Assembly: GCA_002269645.1 (NCBI GenBank)
Contig: NIVC01001091.1
Location: 62,001 to 126,000, forward strand
Source: Macrostomum lignano
Lineage: Eukaryota
Direction of reading: 5' to 3'
DNA length: 64,000 nt
A program made the translations under genes and the position numbers. Under the pieces are notes generated by a model that made no database searches, was not told the origin of the DNA, and worked only from the letters and a program-made list of their open reading frames with translations. Below are positions 60,726 through 64,000 of this stretch, piece by piece (within the stretch, counting starts at the first letter, position 1; every line of letters starts with the position of its first letter).

Positions 60726-63355
60726 CTGCTGTTTTAAGTGTGATAGGGGGGATGTCGAGTTTGTTAAGTAGATTTGCTTTTACGCTACTTGTAGTAGTTA
60801 AGGCTCAGGGTATGCTAGTAGTTTAAATAAGAATGGGTTTGCAGCTTTCTGGGAAAGGTCCAAAACTTTGACTTTGACCAAAAATACTTGCATCAGACCT
60901 GACTATAGATTCCTAGTGACTATGAGGCTAAGAAAAGCAGACTTTCTTATTAGTTTTACTGTATTGCATATAGTTTCATTTCACCTTCAGATTTGTTTTA
61001 CTTGCTCAATTACTTTGCAGTTGCTCTTTTACACCTTTATCTTAATTTTTCGTTTCTCAATATTTTCCTTTTTTATTAACTCTTCCAAATATGGATAACT
61101 GTCTAATCTATATTTTACTAAACTTTGTAATCATAACAATAGCTATTACCTTGCAATCCAACACAAACAATAAAATATATAATATTTATGCAAGAGTACA
61201 GCAAAGTCTGATATGCTTTACACATACTAAATGAAATGAAAAATCTAAAGAAAGCTGAAGTTAAGGCCAAAAAACTTAATGACAAGAGTGAAGTGAAGAG
61301 ATTATACAAACTTTTAATATGCTTTTGAATAAAACATTTTGGATCATCTTTGTCCTTAAATCTATACACTAGGATTAGGGAACACTAGTAACCTAGTGGC
61401 AATGAAACCAAATCAACCAGCAAACTAATTACAATAAAATAAAGAAATAAACTAATAAGAAATACAAAATTAAGCATTAGCCTAGATTAGAAGCCAACTA
61501 CTTTTCATATATAGGTATAATCATCATTTTATCGAGATTGAAAGATTGAAATAGACCAAAAAACTAATTATACTGGATCAGGCAGTCTTTATCCCACTTT
61601 CATTATTGCTCTCCCTGTCTCTCAGCCCTATAGCCTATATTAAAATGGCTACAGACTTAAACAGTCTACAAGGTCACTAGGTCAGGTGCTGAAATAAGCA
61701 AGTAATGATAACTTTAATATTTTGATTTTGAATCTTGAATTAGTTAAAAAGTTATAGACACTAAGTTACTACAAACTAAAGGAAAGTATTAAAGCTGACT
61801 TTTGGAATAGGCCTGGGGACTAAGAAGGCCTATCTAAGCAAAAATCAGCACTAAAGACCCAATGAAGGAATAAGATACAAAAGCAGATATCCCTCTTAGG
61901 CCATAGTTTGGATAGCCAGATGTTACCCAAAAAGATGTGTGTGCTAAAATGCATTAGTGCACTGAGTGTAACAATGTTGAGTCTAAAATCTCATAGCCTC
62001 TAGCCACAAACACTAACATAAATTTAAAGAAATATGTTTTTTTAATAAATCTATTATCCTTTATGATATTTACATTTGCAATATATTTGCAATATAATTT
62101 TTAAACTATGTATTTACAACTTTATGCTACATAAATTTTCTTTTTAATTTTTTTAAATAGTTCAATTTTCATAAATTAAATATGATTTCTGTGCTTAGTA
62201 CAAACAATAATCAAGGTGGTGGAGTCTAATATTTTAGTGGGACACTAGACATGGGCACAGGTGTCTTGATAAGCTGCTAATTAGGGTTTAAAACCAAAAA
62301 AAGCATTCAAAATTACTAATATTAGCTATTACTAAGCACTCAAATATCATATTCTTAAAACTGCAGGGGCACACAATGCATTGTGTCACATGGGCTCATT
62401 TTCTAGGGGGGAGGGGCATATGCTTCCATTCATTGCTGCAAACTCCTGTTGCCCATGACAATAATGGCATGGTGTAGCTCTTATAGGTTCAGAATTAATG
62501 TATATACACGGTTATTTCCACCAAAATGGAACACAAAAGTGTCCACCTTAAAATAAAGAAAAAAATATATAAGTACTACAAAACTTTATTAGACTAATAA
62601 AAATATATGATAGCAATATGACACTCCAAAAGCACAAAAAATGCTTTATAGTGAAGCACTAAATTGTTGACTAGTTATAAATATTTTAAAATGATGTTTA
62701 ATATTGTACAACTTAAAAAATAGTAAGTGTATCTAAAAAAAGAAGGTGTTTATTCAACAAAGAACTTAATACTTTTTTCTTATTAGACCTTTTTTACCTT
62801 TACTTTTTGTTTACTCACTTTATTTGATATAACTATTTAAAATGTTCATACATTTTTTGACTTTCATTTTTGCGACAGTCTATAGTAAGTGTGGCAAAGG
62901 CAATAGCAGTATTATAGGCTTTGATCAACTTTTACAATTACAAATGCATATGTAGTTTAGATTTTTCATGAATTTTGACAAAAAACTGATTAATTTAAAA
63001 GACAAAAAAAGTATAGAAAGGTCTATGTGACTGTTTAACATTTTTTGATATGAAAACTGTCTTAGATATATTATTGACTTTGATGTTTATTGTCAGGCAA
63101 ATTTCTCAGCAATGCAATACACTTGAAAAGCAACAAATGGCTTATTAGAAAGTTCAGGCTGAGTAGATTCATTTAATAAAAAATTGGTTCTCTACACATT
63201 GTATGTTGAATACTCTAAGGTTTCATAGAAATAGTCAATTGTGATATAGTTGTTTCAGTTACAAATTGATTAATTTCTCTGCAATGAAATATATTTGAAA
63301 AGCAACCAAACATCTATTACAAAGCTTGGAGTGTCTAGATTAATGTAATAAAATA

Positions 63356-63749
63356 CGAAGAGCTTGCGTGCACGGCAGCCGTTCACGTAAGCTCAGAATT
63401 GCGTGCACGGCGGCTATCTACCTAGTGCTTTATTTGCATGTATGCAGCCGTACACCTAGTGTTGTAATTGCGTGCACGGCAGCCGGCAATTGGCCGGGAC
63501 TGGGGCCCTTAAATCCACGCATTGGCATTGGCAAACCTAATTAAAAAATATTTTTACTATATTGTTTTATAATGCTTTATCCCCCGTACACCATGGACTG
63601 CAAATGTAATCTTAATTCATTGTTTTTTTGTTAACTTGAATATTAATTCGAATAGTATATGACTTACTGTATAAGCCTATAAGATATAGCTCTGCCGTGC
63701 ACGCAATTCTGAGCTTACGTGAACGGCGGCCGTGCACGCAAGCTCTTCG
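63356..63749. mobile_element. Non-autonomous Mutator-like MITE, 394 bp
   Basis: About 56-bp near-perfect TIRs CGAAGAGCTTGCGTGCACGGC...GAATTGCGTGCACGGC; exact 9-bp TSD AATAAAATA (63347-63355 and 63750-63758). Confidence 0.85.
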
Positions 63750-64000
63750 AATAAAATATTGGCTCTCTATATTCTATATGTTAGGTACTTTTGGCTTTTG
63801 CAGATATTTGTTATTGTGCTATCCTAGTTTGACTTGGCAATAAAAAATTAATTCATGTTTTAACTATATGATTTAGACATAGAAACAAACATTTATAAAA
63901 ACCACAATGTGTTTTTTGCTTAAAATAAACTTTAACTTTAAAATTAATTTCAACTTTGAGAAATAAAGAAATTTAGTCAGAAAACAATGCAAAACATACT

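Overview
Eukaryotic (animal, invertebrate-type) genomic DNA with GC-rich exons, GT-AG introns and very heavy tandem-repeat content. The style resembles a flatworm such as Macrostomum, but that is an inference. I found no rRNA, tRNA or CRISPR. Six host genes can be assembled by hand: an RGK-family small GTPase (+, 5 exons, 10815-14218); an intronless GT32/DXD glycosyltransferase (+, 18111-19361); CFAP126/Flattop (-, 4 exons, 23096-25983) with an RFX X-box upstream; a syndecan (+, at least 7 exons, 27000-42186) whose ectodomain appears to contain a SEA module; ATP6V0C (+, 2 exons split by an 11.3-kb intron); and YIPF4 (-, 59208-60725). The ATP6V0C intron holds a stack of DNA transposons: a hAT-like MITE, a palindromic element, and a hAT element with a 6-bp TSD that carries a nested Chapaev element. 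A mariner relic (9516-10465) and a Mutator-like MITE (63356-63749) lie elsewhere. About 28 micro/minisatellite arrays cover roughly 20 kb and explain most long ORFs in the ORF track. Two single-base homopolymer frameshifts and a 416-N gap flanked by a duplication look like assembly errors. The best novelty candidates are the SEA-containing syndecan, the 6-bp-TSD hAT/Chapaev nest and a minisatellite built from RFX X-boxes.
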